Below, piece after piece: positions 29,902-40,240 of a stretch of 64,000 nucleotides of DNA. Under the pieces are notes generated by a model, which worked only from the letters and a program-made list of their open reading frames with translations, was not told the DNA's origin and searched no databases. Positions within the stretch are counted from its first letter, which is position 1. Every line of letters begins with the position of its first letter. The stretch comes from an uncultured archaeon (lineage in GTDB: Archaea > Thermoproteota > Nitrososphaeria > Nitrososphaerales > Gagatemarchaeaceae), in the NCBI GenBank assembly GCA_963799775.1, contig CAWCYD010000003.1, positions 544,001-608,000 of the forward strand, in the 5' to 3' direction. The position numbers and the translations under genes are program-made.

Positions 29902-31627
29902 CTAGATCGCGTGGCCGAGGATGACGCCGGACAGGGCCACCATCATACCCCCGATGACCACGAGGGCCAGCGAGTGTTTGAAGCCGTCGGCTACCGTCCC
30001 ACCACCCATCTTCCCGGCGACGAATCCGATTACCCAGCCGTCGAAGATCGAGGCCGTCAGCAGTCCCTGTACTGCGTCGGGGGTGATGGTCAGCCCCGGC
30101 GTGGGTGCAGCGGTCCCGCCTAGCTTTATCGGTGTGGAGAGGAAGTAGACCATCATGAAGGTCGTGAGCGTGAGCATGATCCCCGCCATGTACACGACGA
30201 AGATGTACGACCTCAAAGCGGATTTCTTGTCTGACTCGAGCTCGTTCACCTTCTGGGTGAAGTCGGCCATCTGCGAGAAGCTCGTGACTGTTCCGCCGCC
30301 GACGTCGACCACTTCGACCATCAGCGTCCCGATCGCCATGGTGATCCAACTGTCGACAGATGACGCGAAGGTCTTGATGACTTTGATGATTGGAAGGCCC
30401 CGATGATATCTGGGCCCCCATCGTCTTGATTGACTTTGAGAGACGGCCGTAATTCTTGGACGCGAGCTGCTCGATGCTCCCTTCGGGAGAAAGACCGATC
30501 TTTCTCCCCTCCGCGACGTCACGGATAAAGTCAGGAAGGGCTTTCTCCAGTCCGTTCCTTTCCCTTGACTGCCTGAATGCCGCGATCGAGGGAATCACCA
30601 TTATCGAGCCGAGAGCAATGGACACATGGAGGCTCAGTTGAAGGGGCAGGGGCAGTAGGTAGATGACCAGCCCGATGGGGCAGCAGGCCAAGAACACATA
30701 GTACGGACTCTTGTTGAAGTACGGCTGTTTCGGCTGCGTCCCGTCGATGATGAAGATGAAGAGCGCGGATATTGCGGGGACTACGAGGTAAGAGAAGATG
30801 TAGAGGCTCTGCAATCCGCTGCTGTTGTGGGCCACCACTCCCTCTAGTTGGTAGAGGCTGAACAGAGTTATCCCCATGACGGCGGTGACCGTGAGATACG
30901 CCTCGGCGAGCGTTCCCACGGAGTCGGTGATCCTCCTCACTTTGGAGCTTCTTAGCTCCAATGTCTCTTTCAACTTGTTGTTCACGTAGTTCTTGACGTC
31001 GCCCCCTACCTTCAGCACCGTGGTGTATCCGTAAAGGAACTCTGCGAACGGCTTGTTGGGCATATGTCTTGCCGCGGTCTCGAACGCAGTGATAGGGTCG
31101 GTTCCGAAGACCTCTATGTCGACCAGCAACCTCTTCGCTTCCTTCGCGGACGCGGGAAATATCTTGGACATGCCGGAAATCCTACGAAGGGTCGAAACAG
31201 GTGAGACTCCCCCGCCTGAAAGGACGCCTAGGAATCCGATCAACATGGGGAGCTCGTTGTCTAGGGCTTGGGAGCGGGAGCTCTGTGATGCCTTCGGTGC
31301 GTTCCATATCATCACGAAGACGATCGGTGGGGCGAGGAAGGCGAAGTAGAGGTAGATTATGTGTAGTTCCATCCCGAGAATGATGCAGACTACGACCGGT
31401 ATCAAGGACAGGATGGTCGAGAAGAGCGCAAGGGAGACAAGGGCTTCAGGAGTAATTCGCATGCTCGATTTCAGTATCTGCTCCCTCATGTCCGGGGAGG
31501 ACTTCGCTATCTTCTTCCCCTGGGATCCGAAGATCTTGTAGGCTATCGCCGCCGTCCGGTCGAAGAGACCGAGCTTGGTGCCTCCGTTCTTCCTGCGGGC
31601 TGCGGTCTCGATCGCGACCTGGGTCAA
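29902..31627 (-). CDS. Type IV pilus membrane platform (TadC/ArlJ, T2SSF family; indel near 30405)
   Basis: Two T2SSF repeats (LDNELP...SGG; LEKALPDF...G.S), multi-TM. Confidence 0.92.
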
Positions 31628-33248
31628 AGCTTGAACCCTTCGCGCATCTCTGCCTGGATGGCCAAGCCGGCCTTCCCAAGGCCCATCCCTTGCGCGATCG
31701 AACACCTCGCGCGAGTGGGCCCTGTACTCCTCGAAGACCAAGGAGAGCTCTCGAAAGTTCCGGATCTCCCTTTGTTGGGCCCACCGCATGACCATGCTCC
31801 TCCGTTCGATCTCCATCATCAGGTCGGGTAGGGTAGTCCCGGTGTCCCTTGCCAGCCTTGCGAGCTTGACGCTCGTCTTGTAAGGCGATGCGACCTGCTT
31901 GTCGGTCGCTGGATCCCACTTGAACATCCTGACGTAGTTTCCGACGCTGACAACCTCGTCGACCGAGAGAACCCTCCTCATCGTCTTGAAGCCACCGCCT
32001 GGGATGGGAATCGCGATCCTCCTCACTGTGAAGACAAGGTCGAGGAACGGGATGAATGATGGAGGCACGTCCATGGGCTTGGACGTGAGCCTCTGGATCG
32101 CCGAGGTGACATCGTCTGCGTGAAGAGTGCAGAGGCCTCCGTGACCTGTGCTTATCGCTTGGAAGAGGACGTAGGCCTCCTCTCCTCTAACCTCTCCCAC
32201 CACAAGGATGTCGGGCCTCATTCTCATGGTCGCCTTGACGAGCTGGAAGAGCCCCACCTCTCCGCTCTTGTCTTCACCCGTCCCGTAGCTTTCGCGAGAG
32301 ACGAGGGCTGACCAGTTGGAGTGTGCGATGTTGATCTCCTGGACCTCCTCGATCGTCACGATCTTCGAGTTCATCCTCGTCAGTGTCAGCAGGGCGTTGA
32401 GGAGAGTCGTCTTCCCGGATCCCGTCGAGCCGCACACTATTGCGGTCGCCCGGTTCTCCATTAGGAGCCAGACGTAGGCTGCTAAGTTGTAATCTATGAC
32501 GTTGAAGTTCATCATGTCTATGATGGTGAGAGGATCCTCTCTGAATTTTCTGATCGTGAGTGTTCCGCCGTAGGGTGAAATCTCTCGCCTGTATGTCGCG
32601 GCGAGGCGGTGCCTGCCCGGCAAGGTCCACTTGCACGATCGGGAACGCGGTGGAGACGTGCTTCCCAGCCATGTGCGCCAGCCTAGCGATGATGTTGTCG
32701 AGCTCCTCGTCGTGGAGGAAGGTCATGTTGGTCTCGATGTTGTCGTACCTCCTGTGGAAGATGAAGAGCGGCTTGCCGACGCCGTCGACGGTGATGTCCT
32801 CGATCTGCGTGTCCCTCATCACCCCGTCGATCACGCCGAAGCCCACCAGGTCTCTCTCCGCGAAGTAGTTGATCTTTGGCCAAGACAGTTGAGAGGCCTT
32901 GATAGAGTATTTCTTCACCAGTCTCTTGGCCTGCTCCAGGAAGTACGCCCTCGGATCGATCTCGGAGCGGGGGACCGAGAGCTCGCTCTCGAGCGTGTCG
33001 AGCAAATATGTGTAGATCGACGCCTCCTTGGTCGAGAGGACCACTTCGTCGACGAAGTACTTCCTCGTGCCGCTCGCCGGCTCCTCCGCGATCACAGCGT
33101 AAGCAAAAGGGGCGTTGAGCGGATACTTGTCGGCGACCTTCCAGGAGGGTGAGAGCGGGGCGCCGACGAATGGGAAGCGGACGGAGGGCTTGCCCGGCTT
33201 GGCGCCGGGGGTCGTCTCCTTCTTGCTCAGAAAAGGCAGGCTAACCAA
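31624..33248 (-). CDS. Type IV pilus assembly ATPase (TadA/ArlI/VirB11 family; indels near 32625 and 31685)
   Basis: GSTGSGKTT, RMRPDILVVGEVRG, STGH..T.HA. Confidence 0.94.
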
Positions 33249-33377
33249 TCTGGTCTCTCCGTACGACCATGTCGAGCAATCTTAACGCGGCCAGGCTTCT
33301 ATTGGGCCGCGTCTTTGAAGAAATCGTCATCTTTGGCTCGAACTATCGCTTTTTTCGCGTTCTTTGCAATAAATAGC

Positions 33378-33398
33378 TTATGCATTCTGAATCGATGA
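33378..33398. promoter_or_regulatory. Shared operator upstream of pilus ATPase operon
   Basis: TTATGCAT-n5-ATCGATGA 4 bp from reverse TTTATT. Confidence 0.6.
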
Positions 33399-33462
33399 AT
33401 CCCAGATAGAAAAGAACAGAGGTCGTCGCGAATTGGGCTCTTCGAGCGCCCGATCCGGGCGA

Positions 33463-33975
33463 TTACTGCCACGTTCCGGTGTAGAGTACGACCGCTCCGT
33501 TGGAGAGCGTCACAGTCCCAGAATAGGTTTGGCCTGAGACCGGTGTAGTTGTTACAGTCGGGGTAGAAACGAACTCTGCGTAGGTGGTCGCAGTGGACGA
33601 CCCGGCGCCTCCGACCGAGCAGGCAGCGGTCATAGCGAACGCGTTGCTCGTGCCTGCCCACGTTAACGTAACGCCAGTGATCTGTGCACTAGCCGTTCCA
33701 GTATTGGCAAGCGTGAGGTATGGTGTCGTTGGATTTGTAGTCACGCAGGTGACAGTCCCAGCCGTGGCGCCAGTTGCGAACCCCGCCGCGTTAACCGATG
33801 TTCCGGTAACAGCTATCTGAGCGGACTGCGAAGCTGTCCCGAAGATTCCGAAGACGAAGCCGCCGATCGCGACCGCTGCGATAAGCGTGACAGCGATGAT
33901 AAGGACCGTGGCGATGATTGGGGAGATGGCTCTTCGCGGTGACGACCTTTTTTCGGCGGGCATTCGCATCTTCAT
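33463..33975 (-). CDS. Major type IV pilin, paralog 1
   Basis: RRA/ISPIIATVLIIAVT class III signal. Confidence 0.93.
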   Translation of the reverse strand: MKMRMPAEKRSSPRRAISPIIATVLIIAVTLIAAVAIGGFVFGIFGTASQSAQIAVTGTSVNAAGFATGATAGTVTCVTTNPTTPYLTLANTGTASAQITGVTLTWAGTSNAFAMTAACSVGGAGSSTATTYAEFVSTPTVTTTPVSGQTYSGTVTLSNGAVVLYTGTWQ

Positions 33976-34022
33976 CTTGCTCGGAAAGGGATGAAAATTG
34001 TTCCGACTTGCCTATTTACAGG

Positions 34023-34043
34023 TTATGAAATACAAATCCGTTG
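34023..34043. promoter_or_regulatory. Shared operator upstream of pilin 1
   Basis: TTATGAAA-n5-ATCCGTTG next to reverse TAAATAG. Confidence 0.65.
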
Positions 34044-34111
34044 GAAAAGAGGCTTCTCACGCGCTGATGGTCACGTCCGAGTTGTAGAGATGATTATGGA
34101 CGCGAGCGAAC

Positions 34112-35338
34112 TCAGCGTCGAGAACGAACAAAAAGAGCAACCCGAGGGGGAGAGTGAGCTGAAGGGGGCCCTCGAGAACGAAGAGACTTACGGACCGTCC
34201 CGACGAGTCCTATGAAGAAAGTGCGAAGGTTGGCTATCGAGGCGAATATCAAAGCGTACACGGGGATGAAATAGTACCCCAGAGCTTGGTTCGCAAGCAC
34301 GGAGAACAGCCAGAGCGATGAGAGCATACTGAAGATGCAAAGCATGCCGTAGAAGTTCGGCGCTTTTCTTACGACGTAAAGAGCTGGCGCCAAGAGAAGT
34401 AGCAGTAGAGGCGAGAGAAAGGACGCTATCTGATCCAGACGCCCTATAATCAGGGAGTTCGCAAATTCTTGTACGTTCACTATCTTGCCGCATATCGTTC
34501 CTGTGAACACGCCCGGTATCGTCGAGAGACCACATCCTGGTGCGCTGTTTGCAACCGCGTAGGCAGCGCTCGCGGAAGTTATCTTAACTGCACTGGGTTC
34601 TCCAGGGCCGAGCAGGCCATTCAAGGGAATGTAACTCAGCGAGTAAAAGTAATCGCGGGGAGCAAGAATCAGCCAAGGCAGCGAGACAATGAAGCATACA
34701 GCTAGAAATACCCCGACTCCCCTCCAGAGCTGTCCTCTGTTCCCCTGCGCGAAGAGTATCAGGTAGGCAGGCAGAATGAATAATGCCTCCTGCTTGAACA
34801 TGACAGCGATTGCAAGAGCAGCTGAAGAAAGCAGCGACCTGTTCGTCTTCAGCAAGTAGACCGAGAGAATGATGAAGAGGGTCATTGGTTGACTGCTGAG
34901 CCACAGGTAGTCTTCGTAGTAGAGGACAAACGGTGAAACCGCGTAGATCAGGGCCGCCGCGAACGCGATTTGGTTGGTGCCATACTCCTTCGCAAAAAGA
35001 TAGATGACAGCTACCGTCGCTATGTCTGCGGCTACAATCGGGATCAAGGCGCCAAGAGGGCTCCCCAGGAAGAAAGGGTAGAGCGAGTAAAGGAAAAGCG
35101 GGGTATACTTGTAGGTGTAAAAGTCCCGGTAGGGGAGCAGGCCCTGTCTTACGAGTTCCAGCCAGTGCAAGTAGGCAGAGTTGAAGTCCCCCCACGTGCT
35201 AAGGGCGAGCCCCGGCACCGAGGATAACCCGTGGGTGATCTCGACCAGAGACAAGATGATGCGTAGTCCCGCTGCTATCGCAAGAAGCAAGACCAACTGT
35301 CTTCTCGGAGAATTCGAGAAGAGTCGTATGACAGACAT
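34112..35338 (-). CDS. GT-C superfamily glycosyltransferase (GT87/PIG-M-like)
   Basis: D...Y...G.LPYRDF..KYTP, AVMFKQ, many TMs. Confidence 0.82.
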   Translation of the reverse strand: MSVIRLFSNSPRRQLVLLLAIAAGLRIILSLVEITHGLSSVPGLALSTWGDFNSAYLHWLELVRQGLLPYRDFYTYKYTPLFLYSLYPFFLGSPLGALIPIVAADIATVAVIYLFAKEYGTNQIAFAAALIYAVSPFVLYYEDYLWLSSQPMTLFIILSVYLLKTNRSLLSSAALAIAVMFKQEALFILPAYLILFAQGNRGQLWRGVGVFLAVCFIVSLPWLILAPRDYFYSLSYIPLNGLLGPGEPSAVKITSASAAYAVANSAPGCGLSTIPGVFTGTICGKIVNVQEFANSLIIGRLDQIASFLSPLLLLLLAPALYVVRKAPNFYGMLCIFSMLSSLWLFSVLANQALGYYFIPVYALIFASIANLRTFFIGLVGTVRKSLRSRGPPSAHSPPRVALFVRSRR

Positions 35339-35413
35339 GGAGCTAATCTCGCTCCTCGGCTTGGCCGAGAGAAGTTTGAGAAGAGCGACGATCCTTGCAG
35401 CTGGTCAATGCCG

Positions 35414-36787
35414 TCACGCCAGCGCGGACGGTTTCTTGGAGATCATGTCCTGGCCCAGAGCGAGGTAGTTTGCCGGTTCCTTCGGTCTGTTGCCGTTCAA
35501 GACCCTCCAGCAGTCGAGCACTATCTTCTTTGATAGTCTGGCCTTGCTCATTGTTGATATCGGTTCCCACGGAGTCGCGATGATGCAGACGTCACTCTTA
35601 TCGAGGCATGCATCAGCAGTGCTTTCCAACTTGATGTCTGAAGAGGAGATATCCCGGTCCGAAAGCAACGCCGGATCGAATCCGTGAACCTCGAAGCCCC
35701 TGATTGCCAGGCCTTTCGCCACCATCAAAGACTGCGATGCTTCGGTCACATCCGTATTCGGCTTGTAAGTTAGACCGAAGACGCCTATTCTCGTGGTATC
35801 TGGAGAGAAACGATCGCCTATCAGATCGACTATTCGCTGAGCTTGGCGCTTGTTAGTCTTGTCGGTGGCTCGTGGCAGATCAGCCTTCACGCCGATTTTC
35901 TTGGCGAACCGAGCAAACGCAATATTGTCGCGAGGGAAACAAGGGCCCCCATATCCCACACCGCCCTTCAGATTTGCCGCCCCGATCCTCCTGTCCCTGC
36001 TGATTGCATGAGTTATCGTGTCGACCTCGCCGCCAGGCATTCGCTCGCACATCTCGGCAAGAGTGTTCGCGAAGCTCATCTTCATGGTCACAAAAGAGTT
36101 CAATGCCATCTTTGCCAACTCGGCATTCCAAAAGCTCATTCTCTCGATTGGCGGAGAGTTAGAGCAAACGCGTTTCTGAATTCGCGATAGCAAGTCTCCT
36201 GCATGCACATCGGACTCGCCTACAAGAACGAAATCCGGATTTCGAAGCCCTCTGATGACGTCGCCAAGGGCTATGAATTCGGGGTTGTAGCACAGTCCAA
36301 AATCTCGACAGATCCGCTTTCCCGACGTCTCCTCGAGCGTCTGACGAACCGCGCCGTCCATAGAACCCGGCATGACCGTGCTGCTGAGGACGACCAAGTG
36401 GTATCCTTCTTTGGTGGCGAGAGCCTTTCCTATCGCTCGCATCGCAGCCCGTACGAACTTGAGACTGAACTCCCCGGTCTTCGTGCTCGGCGTCGGCACG
36501 ACGACGAAGGTGGCGTCCGTCTTGCAGACGGCCTCCTCACAGTCCGTTGTAACAGAGAAAGATTCCTTGGTGGCATCCAGGAGAGGGAGAAGCCCTCGCT
36601 CGTATATCGGAGACTCGCCCCTGGCTATTCTTGCGACTCTCTCTCGATCTATGTCGACCCCGATGACGCTGAAGCCGCTGTTCGCCAGCGTTGCGGCCAG
36701 ACAAAGGCCGAGTTTCCCCAGCCCGACAACGGAAATCTTTCGGACGGTAGACCCGCTCTTAGGGCCGCGGCGCAGGGATGAGGCCAT
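35414..36787 (-). CDS. UDP-glucose/GDP-mannose dehydrogenase family
   Basis: GLGKLG, YNPEF, GGPCFPRD, GLTYK. Confidence 0.95.
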   Translation of the reverse strand: MASSLRRGPKSGSTVRKISVVGLGKLGLCLAATLANSGFSVIGVDIDRERVARIARGESPIYERGLLPLLDATKESFSVTTDCEEAVCKTDATFVVVPTPSTKTGEFSLKFVRAAMRAIGKALATKEGYHLVVLSSTVMPGSMDGAVRQTLEETSGKRICRDFGLCYNPEFIALGDVIRGLRNPDFVLVGESDVHAGDLLSRIQKRVCSNSPPIERMSFWNAELAKMALNSFVTMKMSFANTLAEMCERMPGGEVDTITHAISRDRRIGAANLKGGVGYGGPCFPRDNIAFARFAKKIGVKADLPRATDKTNKRQAQRIVDLIGDRFSPDTTRIGVFGLTYKPNTDVTEASQSLMVAKGLAIRGFEVHGFDPALLSDRDISSSDIKLESTADACLDKSDVCIIATPWEPISTMSKARLSKKIVLDCWRVLNGNRPKEPANYLALGQDMISKKPSALA

Positions 36788-36800
36788 TACTAGTCCCCTG

Positions 36801-37892
36801 TCAGTCTACACGCATTGGAGGGGACTTGGCCTGCTGGCCTGCACGATAGATCTGCGCGATGGCCTTTGGCCTGCTGGGCTTATCACGCATGGCACTGTGC
36901 CACTCGATCGTATGCCGCATGCCCTCTTCAAGGTCGACCTTCGGTTCCCACCCGAGAGATCTGGCTCTCCTTATGTCCAGTGCCCGACTGAATGGTCCTT
37001 CAGGCTTCGATAGGTCATAGTGAATCTCTGTCGGAACGTGCCCTGAGACTCGGAGTATGAGCTCCGCGACGTCGCGAATTCTGTAGCGCTTGTCCCAACC
37101 TAGGTTTATCGGAGTCGCATCACTCACCATCTCGGAGGCCAGAATCGATCCGTTGACAATGTCGTCGACGTAGGTGAATCCCCTCTCCTGGTTTCCCGAA
37201 CCCCAGACCTGATATGGTGCATGTTCATCAAGGGCCTTCTCCACCAAAGCAGAGATCGCGTGACTCGAGTCGAGTTCACCTGGCCCGTAAACCGTGAGGT
37301 AGCGACTGACGGATGACTTGAAGCCGTGCTCCTGGTGAAAAGCGAAAAGCTGCATCTCTCCCATCAGCTTTGCAAACCCGTAGAGATTATCGCTGCTGTT
37401 CCAGCCTTCTCCCTTGCTCAGGACGTCTTCTTCCTTGAGGAGGTGACCCGGGATGTTCAGCGACGGAGGATAGACGCAGGCGCTCGAGGCATAGTGCAAG
37501 TGATCGACCCCAGCGTCATGAGACGCACTGATCACGTTGTGGTCGATCGCAAGCATCCTCGAGCATTCTGATTGGTGCACGTCGACAAACTCCCTTCCTC
37601 CGAAGACAGCGGCGAGATGAAATACCACATCATGCGCCGATGCTAGTAGCTGGAAGCGGTCCCTTTCGCTTGAAAGGTCGATGCAGTGCAGAGGGACTTC
37701 CCCTACCCCGTGTCTCGAGTAGATTCTCGCGAGACGAGCTAGTTTCGCTTCCCAAATCCACGTCTTCTCCGGGAACAAGAGCTTATCCACGACAGTGACC
37801 GACGCTCCTAGAGCAAGGAGCTTTTCGACAAGTGTGCTCCCGATGAAGCCTGCTCCCCCCGTGACTATTACACGGCGTTTAGACCAGTTCAT
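36801..37892 (-). CDS. NAD-dependent epimerase (GDP-mannose 3,5-epimerase-like)
   Basis: TGGAGFIG, SSACVYP, YGFAK. Confidence 0.93.
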   Translation of the reverse strand: MNWSKRRVIVTGGAGFIGSTLVEKLLALGASVTVVDKLLFPEKTWIWEAKLARLARIYSRHGVGEVPLHCIDLSSERDRFQLLASAHDVVFHLAAVFGGREFVDVHQSECSRMLAIDHNVISASHDAGVDHLHYASSACVYPPSLNIPGHLLKEEDVLSKGEGWNSSDNLYGFAKLMGEMQLFAFHQEHGFKSSVSRYLTVYGPGELDSSHAISALVEKALDEHAPYQVWGSGNQERGFTYVDDIVNGSILASEMVSDATPINLGWDKRYRIRDVAELILRVSGHVPTEIHYDLSKPEGPFSRALDIRRARSLGWEPKVDLEEGMRHTIEWHSAMRDKPSRPKAIAQIYRAGQQAKSPPMRVD

Positions 37893-37947
37893 TGCACGAA
37901 GTTGGCTCCGTCAAGAAAATCAAGCCCGCTCTATAGCTTATAACTAC

Positions 37948-37981
37948 GTTAGGCGTTGAAATCCATACTGCTAATTCGTAA
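37948..37981. promoter_or_regulatory. Shared operator (three boxes) in divergent glycan-island promoter
   Basis: GTTAGGCG-n5-ATCCATAC-n5-ATTCGTAA between two TATA-like boxes. Confidence 0.6.
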
Positions 37982-38021
37982 CGAATAACTTTCCGAAGAG
38001 CGGAAATTATTTCAACAGATT

Positions 38022-38489
38022 ATGACCTCACCTGACCCAAAGGGCGCGCATGTAAATCGAATCACGGCGGCTCTTTTCCGCGCGAACCCCGTGGGTGCAA
38101 ACGGCCGCGATTCTAGACCTTTGCGGCCGACTGCCGGGGCCTGGACCAAGCGGCGATGGTTCGACCTCCGAAACGGATACGGGTTTTACATCTCGATATT
38201 CCTTGGATTCGTCAATTTCTGCCTCTTGATCTCGGTGAAGTTCCCCGATCTCAACCCATACGTATTCGTGCCCCTCATAGGGGCCGTGGCTGCCGCATCG
38301 GCGACAGGGATTGGCTATCTGCATCGAAAGAAGCAGCTAAGAACAGATCAAGACTCGGTCTTCGAACAATCACATCTACTCGCCGGAGTGAACGAAATCC
38401 AATTGAAAGCGATACTTGGGAAGGCAACCGACGAAGAGATTACATGGGCATTGAATCTTCTCGCCGCGATTAGGAACAACCAGGCTTGA
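38022..38489 (+). CDS. Two-TM hypothetical protein
   Basis: Two TM segments, overlaps GT2 start. Confidence 0.7.
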   Translation: MTSPDPKGAHVNRITAALFRANPVGANGRDSRPLRPTAGAWTKRRWFDLRNGYGFYISIFLGFVNFCLLISVKFPDLNPYVFVPLIGAVAAASATGIGYLHRKKQLRTDQDSVFEQSHLLAGVNEIQLKAILGKATDEEITWALNLLAAIRNNQA

Positions 38490-39508
38490 GCGCCCCGGGA
38501 ACAGCGCAGAGGACTCCTTCTGTTCTAGTGGTAGTGAGCTACTTCAACTCCGCTCGCACCATTGGCAGTTGTCTCGACCGTCTTCTCGCGCAGGACTACC
38601 CGAACTATCGAGTCATGGTCGTAGACGCTGGGTCTTCCGATGGTTCGGTGGAGATTGCGAGAGCTAGGGAATCGTCCAAGCTCTCCTTCAACATCCTCCC
38701 TGGTTGCTCAGAGTCTGAGGGTCAAACGTTCGGAGTGTCTCAGGCAGGGTCTGATATCATCATGTTTACGAACTCCGATATCTATGTGCCTTCCGACTGG
38801 ATCAAGAGGCACGTGGCTTGGCTGGCAAAGGGCTACGATCTGGTAGGAGGGAAGGTGTTCTGGGGAGGAGACAAGTTCGCCCTGACTTGGAATATGCCCA
38901 AGCCCGGGAGCCCGAGATTCGTTCAGGAACAAGGCGTCGGACTAGGGTTCTCGAATTGCTCGACAACCAGGGACATGTTTCTCGCAGTGGGGGGGCTGAG
39001 CGACATGAAGTCCCAGCATGATACCGAGTTTGCGTTCCGCGTAGTAAGGCACGGCGGGAAGATGATTCTCGACCCTCAAATCGAGGTGTACCACGACCAT
39101 CCATTCGGATCGTTTGAGGCTTCGTTTCGCCGATCGTATGGTTACGCTAGGAACCATGTCCTTGTCATGCGCGCCATCTACGGTCGAATAGTGTCGGGCT
39201 CTGGGGCCCCCGCGATGGTATCTGTCGGATCCCTAATCAGAGAATGGACAGGCCTCGCTGGAGTGAAGGCATACAAGGAGCACGCGAGGGCAGCTTCCGC
39301 TGCGGGGATACAAATCAATCTGCTCGAATTCGAGTTCACTAGGCTCTTCTCAACGAAGCTGGGTCAAATGTTGGGGGTGTTCGTCGGCGCGACGAACAGG
39401 AGAGTCGCAAAATCTATCACGGACCTCCACAACCGGGCTGGAAAACCGAGGCCAGCGGAGGGGATGCGAGCGGCAGCCGATAATCCCGAACTGCAAGCAA
39501 TCGCCTGA
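38486..39508 (+). CDS. GT2 glycosyltransferase
   Basis: FNS.RTI..CL..L..QDYP, VDAGSSDG, NSD. Confidence 0.92.
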   Translation: MSAPGTAQRTPSVLVVVSYFNSARTIGSCLDRLLAQDYPNYRVMVVDAGSSDGSVEIARARESSKLSFNILPGCSESEGQTFGVSQAGSDIIMFTNSDIYVPSDWIKRHVAWLAKGYDLVGGKVFWGGDKFALTWNMPKPGSPRFVQEQGVGLGFSNCSTTRDMFLAVGGLSDMKSQHDTEFAFRVVRHGGKMILDPQIEVYHDHPFGSFEASFRRSYGYARNHVLVMRAIYGRIVSGSGAPAMVSVGSLIREWTGLAGVKAYKEHARAASAAGIQINLLEFEFTRLFSTKLGQMLGVFVGATNRRVAKSITDLHNRAGKPRPAEGMRAAADNPELQAIA

Positions 39509-39521
39509 GCGCGCGGTTCTT

Positions 39522-40217
39522 TTGACAAACCGGATCGCTTCGTTATATCGAACGTGGAGGCACGATTGGGATGAGAGACAGTTTGCGAGGCGAATCCTGG
39601 AACGCGGAAAATGGTATGAGCCGCTGCATGGCGACCCAATCCTTCAAGACATCATAGGCGGATTGATTCGGGATTGTGACATATCCCTTTTCGTGGAAAC
39701 GGGAACGTTCGTGGGCGACACGAGCAAATACGTCGCGCTGAAGCATCCGGAGGTCCGTGTGCTCACTTGTGAATTGAACCCTCGGTGGCTGCGAATCGCA
39801 CAGCGGTTCTGCACAGGAATAAGTAACATTCAATTCTTCCAAGGTCAGTCTCCGCGGTTTTTGGAGGAAGTGTACGAAACCCTCAAATCAAATAATGTCC
39901 TCTTTTGGTTGGACGCGCACTGGGGTGAATACTGGCCGCTGGTCGACGAGACGAAGATCATCTCATCACTCCATAGCTTCGCGGTCATCGTGGACGATTT
40001 TGAGGTACCCGGCAAGCCGTCGTTTCATTATGACAGCTACGCAGGAGTGAAGAACGGATTGTCGCTTCATGCCTCCACCCTGGGGCGGGAGTGCTTCGTT
40101 CCCAACTACGATCCCAGTCCCTCATGCCAAAGTCCTGCGGGATACGGCTTGTTCCTTAGAGAGATGCAATGCTCAGACTTGACGAAATTCGGGCCCTTAA
40201 GGCGGTTGGCTGAATAA
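39522..40217 (+). CDS. SAM-dependent methyltransferase-like protein
   Basis: FVETGTFVG, FWLDAH, IVDD. Confidence 0.8.
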   Translation: MTNRIASLYRTWRHDWDERQFARRILERGKWYEPLHGDPILQDIIGGLIRDCDISLFVETGTFVGDTSKYVALKHPEVRVLTCELNPRWLRIAQRFCTGISNIQFFQGQSPRFLEEVYETLKSNNVLFWLDAHWGEYWPLVDETKIISSLHSFAVIVDDFEVPGKPSFHYDSYAGVKNGLSLHASTLGRECFVPNYDPSPSCQSPAGYGLFLREMQCSDLTKFGPLRRLAE

Positions 40218-40240
40218 GGAGACTCCGAGGGACATAGGCA

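Noticed and set aside
29813-32623. 936-aa ATPase-TadC fusion in the ORF track
   Set aside because: Correcting an indel near 31685 ends the ATPase at TGA 31624, overlapping a TTG start for TadC
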